From Chitinophagales bacterium (GTDB lineage Bacteria; Bacteroidota; Bacteroidia; Chitinophagales; BACL12): a DNA stretch of 53,906 nt. Location: contig JAIBBA010000004.1 in NCBI GenBank assembly GCA_019694895.1, forward strand, positions 1 through 53,906, read 5' to 3'. The translations under genes were made by a program, and so were the position numbers. Each line of letters starts with the position of its first letter. Positions within the stretch are counted from its first letter, which is position 1. This document shows, in pieces, positions 30,880 to 39,760 of the stretch. The notes under the pieces were generated by a model. The model worked only from the letters and a program-made list of their open reading frames with translations. It did not search any database and was not told the origin of the DNA.

Positions 30880-33543
30880 TTATTTGGATATAACCACTTG
30901 CTGCGTGTACTCGTGGCCATTGGCCATTACCTTCACCAAATAAAGGCCACCAGCTATACCGTCAGCCAGAGTAATGGTATTATTAATATAGCCGTTAGTT
31001 ATATCGATATTGTTGTTATATATAACTTCACCGATCATATTCATCACATACACATCAGCTTTTCCGGAGAATTCGTCACCTGACATAATTTCAAGTGTGA
31101 ATGTTCCTGCTGAAGGATTTGGATAAACATTAATAGTATTAATTTCTTCGCTTATTGCACCACCTTCGCGGCAAGCAGTAACAGCGATTGAAGCAGTTTC
31201 ACGTGAGCAACCTTCAGCGCTTGTAACAACGCATGTGTAGCTTCCTGCAGTTGATGGATAATACAGGTAGTTTGTTGCTCCACCTATGTCAACACCACCT
31301 AAGCGCCATTGCCAAGTATAGGTAGCATCGTAGCTGGCTTTCAACTTAACAGTAGTACAAAGACTTGTGCCGTTTGGTGCGCTGATGTTTGCATTAGGTG
31401 CATTAAGAATATTCACAAGCACAGCATCAGACAATGCAAAACAACCACCCGGTGTGTTTACTTGTACTTGATAATATGCAGGTTTACTTGCAGAATATGT
31501 TGGGTTAATAGCTCCTGTTATGATATTACCATTTTTAAACCACTGATAAGTATATCCCGGAATAGCAGTTGTTTGCAATAAAACCGACAATGGTTTACAT
31601 GCTACCAGTCCACCCGGAGCGGTGATCACTGCTTCAACAACACCTTCATCGATATTGCCATCGCAGTTATTATCAAGACCATCGCAAACTTCTGTAGCAC
31701 CCGGATAAACAGATGAGTTAGTATCATCACAATCAGAAGGATCAAGTACATATCCGGTAGGCGCACCATCGCAACTTAATACTGTAGCACCCGGGTCACC
31801 ATAAGTATCACCATCGGCATCAGCAAAATAAACTTCAGAAACACCAACAGTTATAGTGATAGAAGCACAAGCAGTATTTACACCGTTACATGCATCTTCA
31901 GCACGAACGTAGTAAGTTGTCATTCCTGCCATTGCAGTGGTAGAGAATGTCATGCCGGTTCCAACGAGCGTTGTTCCACAACCATCTGTGTACCAGTTAA
32001 CAACAGCGGCAGGGTTGAGTTCAGTAAATGAAGCAGTGAAACTTATAGGATCACCATCGCAGGCTTCTGTAGGACCTGAAACAGTAGGATCTGTACTTAA
32101 CGGCGTCACAACACCTTCAATCATCCAGCGGTTAAGCGTAGTATAAGGACCAACTAACGCACCACCACCGGGGTTATTTGAATAAAATGCAAAATCGCGT
32201 GTTGGGCTGGATTCTGTTTGTGTACCAACAGGGAAATAGGCAGCAGCGCCAATGCCTGCAGTTTGTTCAATACCAAACAGCACATCCTGGTTAGTAATAA
32301 ACGGTGGCGACAGAATAGGAAGCGTAATCCATGTGTCGACTTCACCGGCGGTTACTACGTGATCGGCAGAAACGCCAATTTGAATACCGGTGATATCATT
32401 TACGACACCGCGAATGGTATTGCCTATACTCGCTGCACCAAAAATATATACTCTGATTGCTTCAACACTGCTGCATCCTGTTAATGTATGTCGGTTTAAT
32501 ATTTGTCCTGCACCTGCACCAAAACCAACTCCACCGGTTGCAGCACTTAAATCGGCATAACCATAGGTATCTGAATTAACTACGTGACGATAACCAAGTG
32601 AGTTGTTAGCAACAACTGTTTCACCCGGCAAAGCAGGAACATCAACAATCACAGTATCTGTTTCCTGAATGGTTGGATTCCAACCTGTTGCGGTAACAGT
32701 TTTCACTTCTCCTGCAGTAAATGAAACACCTGAAGAGCTGGAATAACGAACTGTTCCGGATACTTTTTCTTTTACGGTAAAGTTTACGGTGAAAGTTTCG
32801 GCGGAAGTTGATTCATTTTTAATTTTTGCAGACAAACCTGAAGGGTTGCCATAAGGTATAGGTGTGTTTGCAAGGCAATATACTGCTTGCACATTTGCCT
32901 TATCAGACAATGGATTTCCTAAGCGAGTTTCAGGGCGGAAACCTGACAATGTCATTGGCGTGCCATAAGCAGTTTGGCTCTGATAAGTACCTAGTGAATT
33001 AGCTACAGTATTAGTACATAATACCGTAGGCGCACCTAAAGGCAATGCAAGTGCAGTAGTAGTTTGATATTCAAAGGCTACATATAAACCTTGTCCGGCT
33101 ACTGTATTAAATACAGAAGTTCCGGTACCACCAACAGGAACATCTATACTAAATTGAACTCCGGAGTTCGTAATAGTGATTGTTCCATCAATAACTTTAG
33201 TCATACCCACAGTGGAGAAGGTAGTTCCTTTGCTATAGGCAAGATCTGCCGAGTTTTGCAAATACACCTTCAAGCTACCTGTTGTAGTAACATTCTGAGG
33301 CGAACCGGCCTGCCAGGTCCATCCAACAGTTGTAACCTGATCAGAGCCATAACCCGAAGTAGTCATTTCGGAAGGCGAGATATAATATAATGTGTTAATG
33401 TAAAGGCGCGATCCTTGAGGTGCGCGACCATTACCGGATGTAGATCCGTTTCCCGGCAAAACCGTAATTGTGGCAGCGTAAGATGCATGCGCCACACATA
33501 GCATTAGCAGGGAAAAGATGACGTGTTTAAACGTTCTTTTCAT
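30880..33543 (-). CDS. Large secreted protein with MopE-like Cys/Asp metal-binding motif and T9SS type A sorting domain
   Basis: A signal peptide follows the ATG at 33543 (MKRTFKHVIFSLLMLCVAHASYA). DADGDTYGD...CDDTN..V.PGA.E.CDG.DNNCDG is present. C-terminal NVYPNPSAGTFTLE...GGLYLVKV. The ORF track start is 33603. Confidence 0.8.
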   Translation of the reverse strand: MKRTFKHVIFSLLMLCVAHASYAATITVLPGNGSTSGNGRAPQGSRLYINTLYYISPSEMTTSGYGSDQVTTVGWTWQAGSPQNVTTTGSLKVYLQNSADLAYSKGTTFSTVGMTKVIDGTITITNSGVQFSIDVPVGGTGTSVFNTVAGQGLYVAFEYQTTTALALPLGAPTVLCTNTVANSLGTYQSQTAYGTPMTLSGFRPETRLGNPLSDKANVQAVYCLANTPIPYGNPSGLSAKIKNESTSAETFTVNFTVKEKVSGTVRYSSSSGVSFTAGEVKTVTATGWNPTIQETDTVIVDVPALPGETVVANNSLGYRHVVNSDTYGYADLSAATGGVGFGAGAGQILNRHTLTGCSSVEAIRVYIFGAASIGNTIRGVVNDITGIQIGVSADHVVTAGEVDTWITLPILSPPFITNQDVLFGIEQTAGIGAAAYFPVGTQTESSPTRDFAFYSNNPGGGALVGPYTTLNRWMIEGVVTPLSTDPTVSGPTEACDGDPISFTASFTELNPAAVVNWYTDGCGTTLVGTGMTFSTTAMAGMTTYYVRAEDACNGVNTACASITITVGVSEVYFADADGDTYGDPGATVLSCDGAPTGYVLDPSDCDDTNSSVYPGATEVCDGLDNNCDGNIDEGVVEAVITAPGGLVACKPLSVLLQTTAIPGYTYQWFKNGNIITGAINPTYSASKPAYYQVQVNTPGGCFALSDAVLVNILNAPNANISAPNGTSLCTTVKLKASYDATYTWQWRLGGVDIGGATNYLYYPSTAGSYTCVVTSAEGCSRETASIAVTACREGGAISEEINTINVYPNPSAGTFTLEIMSGDEFSGKADVYVMNMIGEVIYNNNIDITNGYINNTITLADGIAGGLYLVKVMANGHEYTQQVVISK

Positions 33544-33795
33544 AATAATTGGATTTTGGGTGAAGGAAAAAATTGTTGAAAAGACCACCGACAGGTAGCC
33601 CATTAGAATGTAAAATGATGCTCGTACGTTGTGACATTTGTGTGTGTTTCAAGTACCGGGATCAGGGCTTGCTGGGGGCAGAGACATGATCAACCGAAAT
33701 GAAAATTAGGAGTAAAATTCAAATTTTCAAATTTTTCACAAATATTTTTTCAGGAGGTAGTGATACCTGCCTAGGCTGATTCGGCAATAACCTGC

Positions 33796-33803
33796 TACCT
33801 TTG
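33796..33803 (+). promoter_or_regulatory. Candidate Bacteroidota -7 promoter box for cysS
   Basis: tacctttg matches TAnnTTTG. It ends 4 nt before the first in-frame ATG (33808) and ~37 nt before the preferred start at 33841. Confidence 0.25.
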
Positions 33804-33840
33804 GGGCATGGAAACAGCCTTATTCCATCAGAACAAACTC

Positions 33841-35310
33841 ATGGTGTACAACACTTTGAGCCGTGAAAAAGAACATTTTATTCCGCTACATGCGCCATTT
33901 GTAGGCATGTATGCCTGCGGGCCTACCGTTTATAGTGAACCGCATCTTGGAAATTGCCGAAGCTTTGTGATGTACGACCTGATGGTAAGGTATCTTACCC
34001 ATTTGGGCTTTAAAGTGCGCTATTTGAGGAATATTACCGATGCTGGGCATGTTGAAAGCACCAGTGGAGAAACCGGCGACAGGATAGGAAAACAAGCTCG
34101 ATTGGAACAAGTGGAGCCGATGGAGATCGTGCAGAAATACACGGTGAAATTTCATTGGATTATGGATCTATTGAATTGTTTACCTCCCAGCATAGAGCCA
34201 ACTGCAACAGGTCATATTGTTGAACAAATTGAAATGACGAAAACAATCCTGGCAAATGGATATGCTTATGAAACGGATGAAGCCATTTATTTTGATGTCG
34301 AAAAATTTTCGAAAGATTATCCATATACACAACTCAGCGGACGCAACCTTGAAGAACTGCTGAATAACACGCGTGAACTCGGCGGACAATCAAGTAAAAA
34401 AGGACGATTGGATTTTGCGCTTATGATCAAAGCTAAACCAGAACATATTATGCGCTGGCCTTCGCCGTGGGGTGATGTATATCCCGGTTGGCATATTGAA
34501 TGTTCTGCCATGAGTACGAAATATCTGGGCAAAACATTTGACATTCATTGCGGTGGCATGGATTTAATTCCTACACATCATACCAATGAAATTGCGCAGA
34601 GCATTGCATGCAATCATACCACTCCTGTAAAGTATTGGCTGCATCCGAATATGCTCACTGTCAACGGACAAAAAATGAGTAAGAGTTTGGGCAATGCATT
34701 TTTGCCGGTAGAATTATTTGAAGGCACGCATCCATTGCTTGATAAAGGATATTCACCAATGACGGTGCGTTTTTCGATGTTACAGGCACATTATCGCAGC
34801 ACACTTGATTTTAGTAATGATGCATTGAAGGCTGCTGAAAAAGGATACAAGCGCTTGATGTCGGCAATGAATTTATTAAAAGGCATTACAGTATCCGATA
34901 CTGTCAATGCCGATGAAGAAGCCGCCGTAAATAAAATATTGCTTGGTGTTTACGAGGGTATGAATAATGATTTTAATGCGGCTCAGGCAATTGCAGAATT
35001 GAATGAAGCGGCAACTATCATCAACACCTGGAACGATAAACAAAATAAAAAAGCATCGATACAGGCATTTACGTTAAGCAGACTGCAACAAACCTATCGC
35101 GCATTTCTTATTGACATTTTTGGATTACAAGAGGAGACAGAAAATGACAATAGCAAATTAAGTGGTGTAATGGACCTTGTAATCGACATTCGCAAAGATG
35201 CACGTGGAAAGAAAGATTTTGCTACCAGCGACAAAATTCGCGATGCGCTGCAATCTGTGGGAATTCAACTGAAGGATAGTAAGGATGGGACAACGTGGGA
35301 GGGGAATTAA
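33841..35310 (+). CDS. cysS: Cysteine--tRNA ligase
   Basis: MVYNTLSREKEHFIPL aligns with the CysS N-terminus. HLGN (HIGH-type), KMSKS present, zinc ligands (C..., HIEC). The ORF track start is 33808. Confidence 0.95.
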   Translation: MVYNTLSREKEHFIPLHAPFVGMYACGPTVYSEPHLGNCRSFVMYDLMVRYLTHLGFKVRYLRNITDAGHVESTSGETGDRIGKQARLEQVEPMEIVQKYTVKFHWIMDLLNCLPPSIEPTATGHIVEQIEMTKTILANGYAYETDEAIYFDVEKFSKDYPYTQLSGRNLEELLNNTRELGGQSSKKGRLDFALMIKAKPEHIMRWPSPWGDVYPGWHIECSAMSTKYLGKTFDIHCGGMDLIPTHHTNEIAQSIACNHTTPVKYWLHPNMLTVNGQKMSKSLGNAFLPVELFEGTHPLLDKGYSPMTVRFSMLQAHYRSTLDFSNDALKAAEKGYKRLMSAMNLLKGITVSDTVNADEEAAVNKILLGVYEGMNNDFNAAQAIAELNEAATIINTWNDKQNKKASIQAFTLSRLQQTYRAFLIDIFGLQEETENDNSKLSGVMDLVIDIRKDARGKKDFATSDKIRDALQSVGIQLKDSKDGTTWEGN

Positions 35311-35438
35311 TTTCCTCTAATGATGATTTCTTCGAATATTCACATTAATTAAACACGTTATTTCCACCATTTACATAAGCTATCTTCCATTTAGTCTTGC
35401 TATTCAGGTAAATGTTTGAATTTATGTAGGTTTGCCTT

Positions 35439-36239
35439 ATGTCGCAAACACCTTTTGACTTAGCAGCTCCCGAATACGACAGCCGTTTCACAGAAACTCC
35501 CGCAGGCAAGGCTCAGCGAGATATGGTGTGGCGATTTTTGCATAAACAGCTTCCACCTTCTCCGGCCAACATTCTCGAAATCAATTGCGGCACAGGCGAA
35601 GATGCCGTGCACCTGGCAACAGCGGGATTTCATGTTACTGCAACAGATGCATCAGAAAATATGCTTGCCGAAGCCGGCAAGAAGTTTGCATCAGTACGAA
35701 TGAACGTTCATTCATATGTATGGGATGTCAGAACTCCATTTATTGGAACTGAAAAGTTTAATGTGATATTTTCAAATTTTGGCGGATTGAATTGTTTATC
35801 TCCTTCCGAGTTGCGCAGTTTATTTAAAAGGATGCAATCGCAATTATCTGAAAATGGGAAATTAATTATTGTCGTGATGGGTAGAAATTGCCCATGGGAG
35901 CGATTGCTTTTTTCATTGAAAGGGAATTTCAAACAAGCAAAGCGCAGAAAATCAAAAAATGCCGTAATAGCCAAAACAGGAGGTGAAAACTCATTACCTG
36001 TATGGTATTACAGCATAGAGGAGATAGTTGAATTTGCGGGCGATAATTTTAATCTGGTTTTCTCCAGACCAATTGGATTATGTATCCCGCCTGTATATGG
36101 CAAAAAAGCTTTCTGGCATAATACAATGTTGATTGCGCTTTTGAGAAATATTGAAACTGCAATCGGAGGGCTAAAACTATTTCGCAATTCAGGTGATCAT
36201 TTGTTCATTACGCTACAAAAAAATGAAGCCGATCAATAA
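35439..36239 (+). CDS. Class I SAM-dependent methyltransferase
   Basis: 266 aa. Motif I ILEINCGTGEDAVHLA followed by the acidic TATDAS. Confidence 0.8.
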   Translation: MSQTPFDLAAPEYDSRFTETPAGKAQRDMVWRFLHKQLPPSPANILEINCGTGEDAVHLATAGFHVTATDASENMLAEAGKKFASVRMNVHSYVWDVRTPFIGTEKFNVIFSNFGGLNCLSPSELRSLFKRMQSQLSENGKLIIVVMGRNCPWERLLFSLKGNFKQAKRRKSKNAVIAKTGGENSLPVWYYSIEEIVEFAGDNFNLVFSRPIGLCIPPVYGKKAFWHNTMLIALLRNIETAIGGLKLFRNSGDHLFITLQKNEADQ

Positions 36240-36249
36240 GACCGGCTTC
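36218..36249 (-). terminator. Candidate terminator for the minus-strand gene 36264..37238, embedded in the 3' end of the convergent methyltransferase gene
   Basis: 7-bp stem gaagccg (36225-36231) / cggcttc (36243-36249). On the minus strand it is followed by a T-run (complement of aaaaaaat). Confidence 0.45.
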
Positions 36250-36263
36250 TAAAGAGAACACAC

Positions 36264-37238
36264 TTAGAACGAAGAGATGGTAATAGTGCCATCGCCGATG
36301 ACATCTTTATCGGAATTAACAACTTGGTCGGGTAACATCAATCTAGCTGCAGCATCAAATGGTGCACTTAATACCAGGTTTTCCGATTCACTAATGCAGG
36401 TGCCAAATGTTTTTCCTTCACGCCATTTCAATAAGAATGGTAGTAATTCCACAGCACCGTTGGCATTGCAGGCTTTGGATCCGCTAGCGCAATTAAATCC
36501 TGCCGATACCCAATTGTCTGCTTGAGAAGCACCATAACATGCAGTGGAGTATACCATGCGAAGTTTGGATGCCGGAAGATTTGCATCCCGAATGGCATTT
36601 ACAATCGTCGTCATGTGAACAGTATCATTGCTCAAAGTCAGCGAGTCGCGACCACCATGGAGGAATACGATCAAATCCACTTCCCATATATTGCTATTAC
36701 CCGTCATACGCGAAAGATTTGATACAATGCGATCAAGTGTTACATCTCCGGGTCCAAGCACTTTAATTTCATGGTAATAACCACGCAAATTGGCATTTAC
36801 AAGATTTACACCATTTGACTCAGAAAACTGGTATAATGGTCTGAAATTTTTAAGTGTTCCGGTAAGCACCTGCGAAAGGTCAGCCAATACAAGTAATGCT
36901 CTGTTTTCAGATCTGATGGCGGGTTTTGTAAAAGGTAATAGGATAGGAACGCTGATAGCAGCATTTACATAGATGAAAGGACCTGTATGGCGTCGGCCAA
37001 TTGAATCGGTTACCTCGAAAGTGAGATTCATGAAATCGTGTTCCCATGGCCAAAATCCATCCGGTTCATCTTTCCAATCAATGGTTCTTCCAACAAATTT
37101 TCCACGCGAGTCGGTGGTAGCGGTCAGAATTACATTATCTGACGAGCGATCATCCTGATCGATAATACGAACTGTAGCATTTTTTGCGGGTGTTGTATCA
37201 AGATAAGATACTGAGCCGCTAATGTTTAAACGTGACAT
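36264..37238 (-). CDS. Hypothetical protein: N-terminal transthyretin/CarboxypepD_reg-like beta-sandwich plus C-terminal domain with caspase-like His/Cys layout
   Basis: 324 aa with no signal peptide. The N-terminus reads ISGSVSYLDTTPAKNATVRIID...TTDSRGKFVG. The C-terminal domain has three hydrophobic strands: RALLVLADL, VDLIVFLHGG (His194) and LRMVYSTACYGAS (Cys234). The fold assignment is inference only. Confidence 0.5.
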   Translation of the reverse strand: MSRLNISGSVSYLDTTPAKNATVRIIDQDDRSSDNVILTATTDSRGKFVGRTIDWKDEPDGFWPWEHDFMNLTFEVTDSIGRRHTGPFIYVNAAISVPILLPFTKPAIRSENRALLVLADLSQVLTGTLKNFRPLYQFSESNGVNLVNANLRGYYHEIKVLGPGDVTLDRIVSNLSRMTGNSNIWEVDLIVFLHGGRDSLTLSNDTVHMTTIVNAIRDANLPASKLRMVYSTACYGASQADNWVSAGFNCASGSKACNANGAVELLPFLLKWREGKTFGTCISESENLVLSAPFDAAARLMLPDQVVNSDKDVIGDGTITISSF

Positions 37239-37423
37239 GTTTTTAGTTTTATTGGTGATAAAATTTTCAGGGAATAGCAGTAGTGTTCGGATTACTTCAA
37301 ACTATTCTATTGACAATGCAATTATTATTTGTCGGCCGAGTCAATAATGAATTGTAAAATCAACAATGTAAAGCAATCAAGAAATTACAGCCGCTACAAT
37401 AGCCCAAACGGGTGAAATTAAAA

Positions 37424-37446
37424 TCCCGGGTCATTAAAACCCGGGA
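37424..37446 (-). terminator. Intrinsic terminator after 37514..38353
   Basis: Stem tcccggg (37424-37430) / cccggga (37440-37446). On the minus strand it is followed by ttttaattt. Confidence 0.65.
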
Positions 37447-37513
37447 TACACTTTATACGAAGAGAACAATTCGATAAGCCGTATACAATCAAGCTGAATG
37501 CGATATCAATTTA

Positions 37514-38353
37514 TTATTCATTATCAGAGATAGACACGCCTACCCACGAAATTCCACTCCAGATTAATGTAACCACATCATCATTCCCGATAATAAACGT
37601 TTGCGGTATATTGATATTCGACGCATCACCATCCGATAATTCAAGGAAGGTGTCCGACATCATGAAACCTTGTAAAATAATTATCTGCCCCGGTGTGATA
37701 CCATCACCCAAAATAATTGTTCTGTTAGCAGCTAACGTGTCATCAGACTGCAACTGCAAATAGCTTCTATCACCTACTTCCAAAAAATAATTATCATAGG
37801 TGATTACTATTACATCGGGTTCAGGGTATAGGGAGATAGCCCCATTCACCGAAAGCTTTGTCATGGGAGCAGTAGTTCCAATACCCACATTGGTTTCAGG
37901 GGAAATAGTATATATCATTTCGCCGCTTCCGGCCCATTTATTATCCTTGCTGGTCTGCGCAGAAACAGCAGTTTGAGCATAATGGGCATAAGGCACAGAA
38001 TTCAATGCTTCGGTAGTGATGATATCATAAATATCATCGCCATCAATGTCGCAGCGGATGAGTATCTCCATATAATCAGATCCCCATTTGATAGAATCAA
38101 ATACACCGGAGATCACCAAGCCATTGCCAATCTTCAGCGAAAGTTGTCCATTCATATCTGTATAAACAGCATGACGTTCAGCATATACCTGACTGCCACC
38201 GACCAAGATCCCGAACTCGAATTTAATTTCTGTATTTATTACAAGTTCGTTGGAAGGGTTTCTGATAACTGCCTGATAATTTAATGCATCTTGCGAGCTT
38301 CCCCATAATGGGATCAATAAAAATATTGCAAGAAATAGCTTTGATGTTTTCAT
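37514..38353 (-). CDS. Secreted tail-fibre-like hypothetical protein
   Basis: 279 aa with a signal peptide. LNYQAVIRN... and NVGIGTTAPMTKLSVNG motifs recur in Bacteroidota tail-fibre-like proteins. No T9SS tail recognised. Confidence 0.55.
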   Translation of the reverse strand: MKTSKLFLAIFLLIPLWGSSQDALNYQAVIRNPSNELVINTEIKFEFGILVGGSQVYAERHAVYTDMNGQLSLKIGNGLVISGVFDSIKWGSDYMEILIRCDIDGDDIYDIITTEALNSVPYAHYAQTAVSAQTSKDNKWAGSGEMIYTISPETNVGIGTTAPMTKLSVNGAISLYPEPDVIVITYDNYFLEVGDRSYLQLQSDDTLAANRTIILGDGITPGQIIILQGFMMSDTFLELSDGDASNINIPQTFIIGNDDVVTLIWSGISWVGVSISDNE

Positions 38354-38359
38354 ATTTAT

Positions 38360-38881
38360 TTATTTTAGGATAGTGAATATCTGTTTTGCCGTTACAAATC
38401 CCTTCGGACTTTGGATAGCTACCAAGTATTGTCCCGCAGACAAAGAAGTAACATCCAATTGGGTGCTGTACTCATGCTCAAATTTGAATTGCATTACTTC
38501 GGCACCCATTAAATTATAAATTGTTCCTTCCGCACCCGAAATGAGCATCGCATCACATTCAATTGTAATCAGCGCAGTAGCCGGATTGGGGTAGCAGGAT
38601 ATAACTATTTCAGGAGATAGCCCGGTCACATTGTCTGCTTCAAAAATTGTTGTGTCCAAAGCTGGTTCGGGAATGGTGGTGACACGCTGAAATCCCTCTT
38701 CAAGCGTATATCCATATTTATCGAAAGTGCGTATACAAGTCTCGCCAATGGTATATGAAATATTGCCGTGAGCCGCGAAGGTTTGACCATCTGTTGCAAT
38801 TACAAATGAACTAATGGTTTGCCCATCAACATTTGTAATCAAATAGCAATAGCAAACAATAACATAAAAAATTCCTTTCAT
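38360..38881 (-). CDS. Small secreted protein with T9SS type A sorting domain
   Basis: 173 aa with a signal peptide. C-terminal SCYPNPATALITIE...GQYLVAIQSPKG.... Confidence 0.7.
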   Translation of the reverse strand: MKGIFYVIVCYCYLITNVDGQTISSFVIATDGQTFAAHGNISYTIGETCIRTFDKYGYTLEEGFQRVTTIPEPALDTTIFEADNVTGLSPEIVISCYPNPATALITIECDAMLISGAEGTIYNLMGAEVMQFKFEHEYSTQLDVTSLSAGQYLVAIQSPKGFVTAKQIFTILK

Positions 38882-38990
38882 AGCATTCGGGGATTAATTG
38901 GGTGAATATGTAACTGGTCTGTAACAATGCAAAGATGACTAGCCAAAGCTGTTTCGGCAATCACCTATATGGGTGAAAATATTTGACCGA

Positions 38991-39022
38991 TAAAAAAACC
39001 CCATGACCGAATTGCCATGGGG
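38991..39022 (-). terminator. Intrinsic terminator ending the S8-partner-HK-RR transcription unit
   Basis: Stem ccccatg (38999-39005) / catgggg (39016-39022). On the minus strand it is followed by ttttttta. It lies 27 nt after the RR stop. Confidence 0.8.
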
Positions 39023-39048
39023 TTTAATGATTTATGACATAAATAAAA

Positions 39049-39696
39049 CTAACTGATCAAATTTTCCTGAAGTGCTTTTGCCACTGCTTCTGTTTTTGAT
39101 GCCACCTGAAGTTTATCATAGATCTTTTTTACGTGGCTATGAACAGTTTCGGCAGAAATAAATAATGCTTCTCCAATTAATTTATAACTCTTACCTTTTG
39201 CGAGCAGTTGCAATACTTCAAACTCGCGATCGCTGAGCTGATAGTCCTTTTCAGCCATTGGTTTTTCCATAGCAGCAGACCTGAATAATTCGACAACACG
39301 TCTTGCTATACTTGGAGTCATAGGTGCGCCGCCTTCATACACTTCCTTTATGGCTTCCAACACCTGATGCGGAGGGGTATTTTTCAACAGATAGCCATTG
39401 GCACCATAGCAGATGGAATAGAATATTTTTCTGTCCTCATCAAAACTTGTCTGCATAATGATTCTTACATCCGGAAACTTCGCATGCAGCATTTTCACTG
39501 CATCGATTCCCGACAGGCCAGGCATTTCAATATCCATCAAGACTACATCCGGGTCAGCTTTCTCTACGTCTTTGACCACGTTCTCCGCATTTGGAAATCC
39601 GCCTCCCCATTCGAAGCCGGGTGTTCCTTTCAGCAGGGCACTCATAGCGTCACGCACTCTGCGATGGTCATCAAAAACGCATACTTTGATAGACAT
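39049..39696 (-). CDS. NarL/FixJ-family response regulator (REC + LuxR HTH)
   Basis: 215 aa. Receiver DVVLMDIEMPGLSG, C-terminal LSDREFEVLQLLAKGKSYKLIGEALFISAETVHSHVKKIY. Confidence 0.9.
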   Translation of the reverse strand: MSIKVCVFDDHRRVRDAMSALLKGTPGFEWGGGFPNAENVVKDVEKADPDVVLMDIEMPGLSGIDAVKMLHAKFPDVRIIMQTSFDEDRKIFYSICYGANGYLLKNTPPHQVLEAIKEVYEGGAPMTPSIARRVVELFRSAAMEKPMAEKDYQLSDREFEVLQLLAKGKSYKLIGEALFISAETVHSHVKKIYDKLQVASKTEAVAKALQENLIS

Positions 39697-39760
39697 GTGA
39701 TGTAGTTTTTACAAAGATGAATGAATTTGAATCAATGGTCAATAACCCGGTCGGGGGATT

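Noticed and set aside
33604-33807. Possible riboswitch, leader or ncRNA in the ~300-nt T9SS/cysS divergent spacer (A/T-rich caaat(t)tt repeats at ~33715-33755)
   Set aside because: I see no conserved riboswitch core or stable terminator/antiterminator pair. It is more likely AT-rich promoter/UP-element sequence for the divergent genes.
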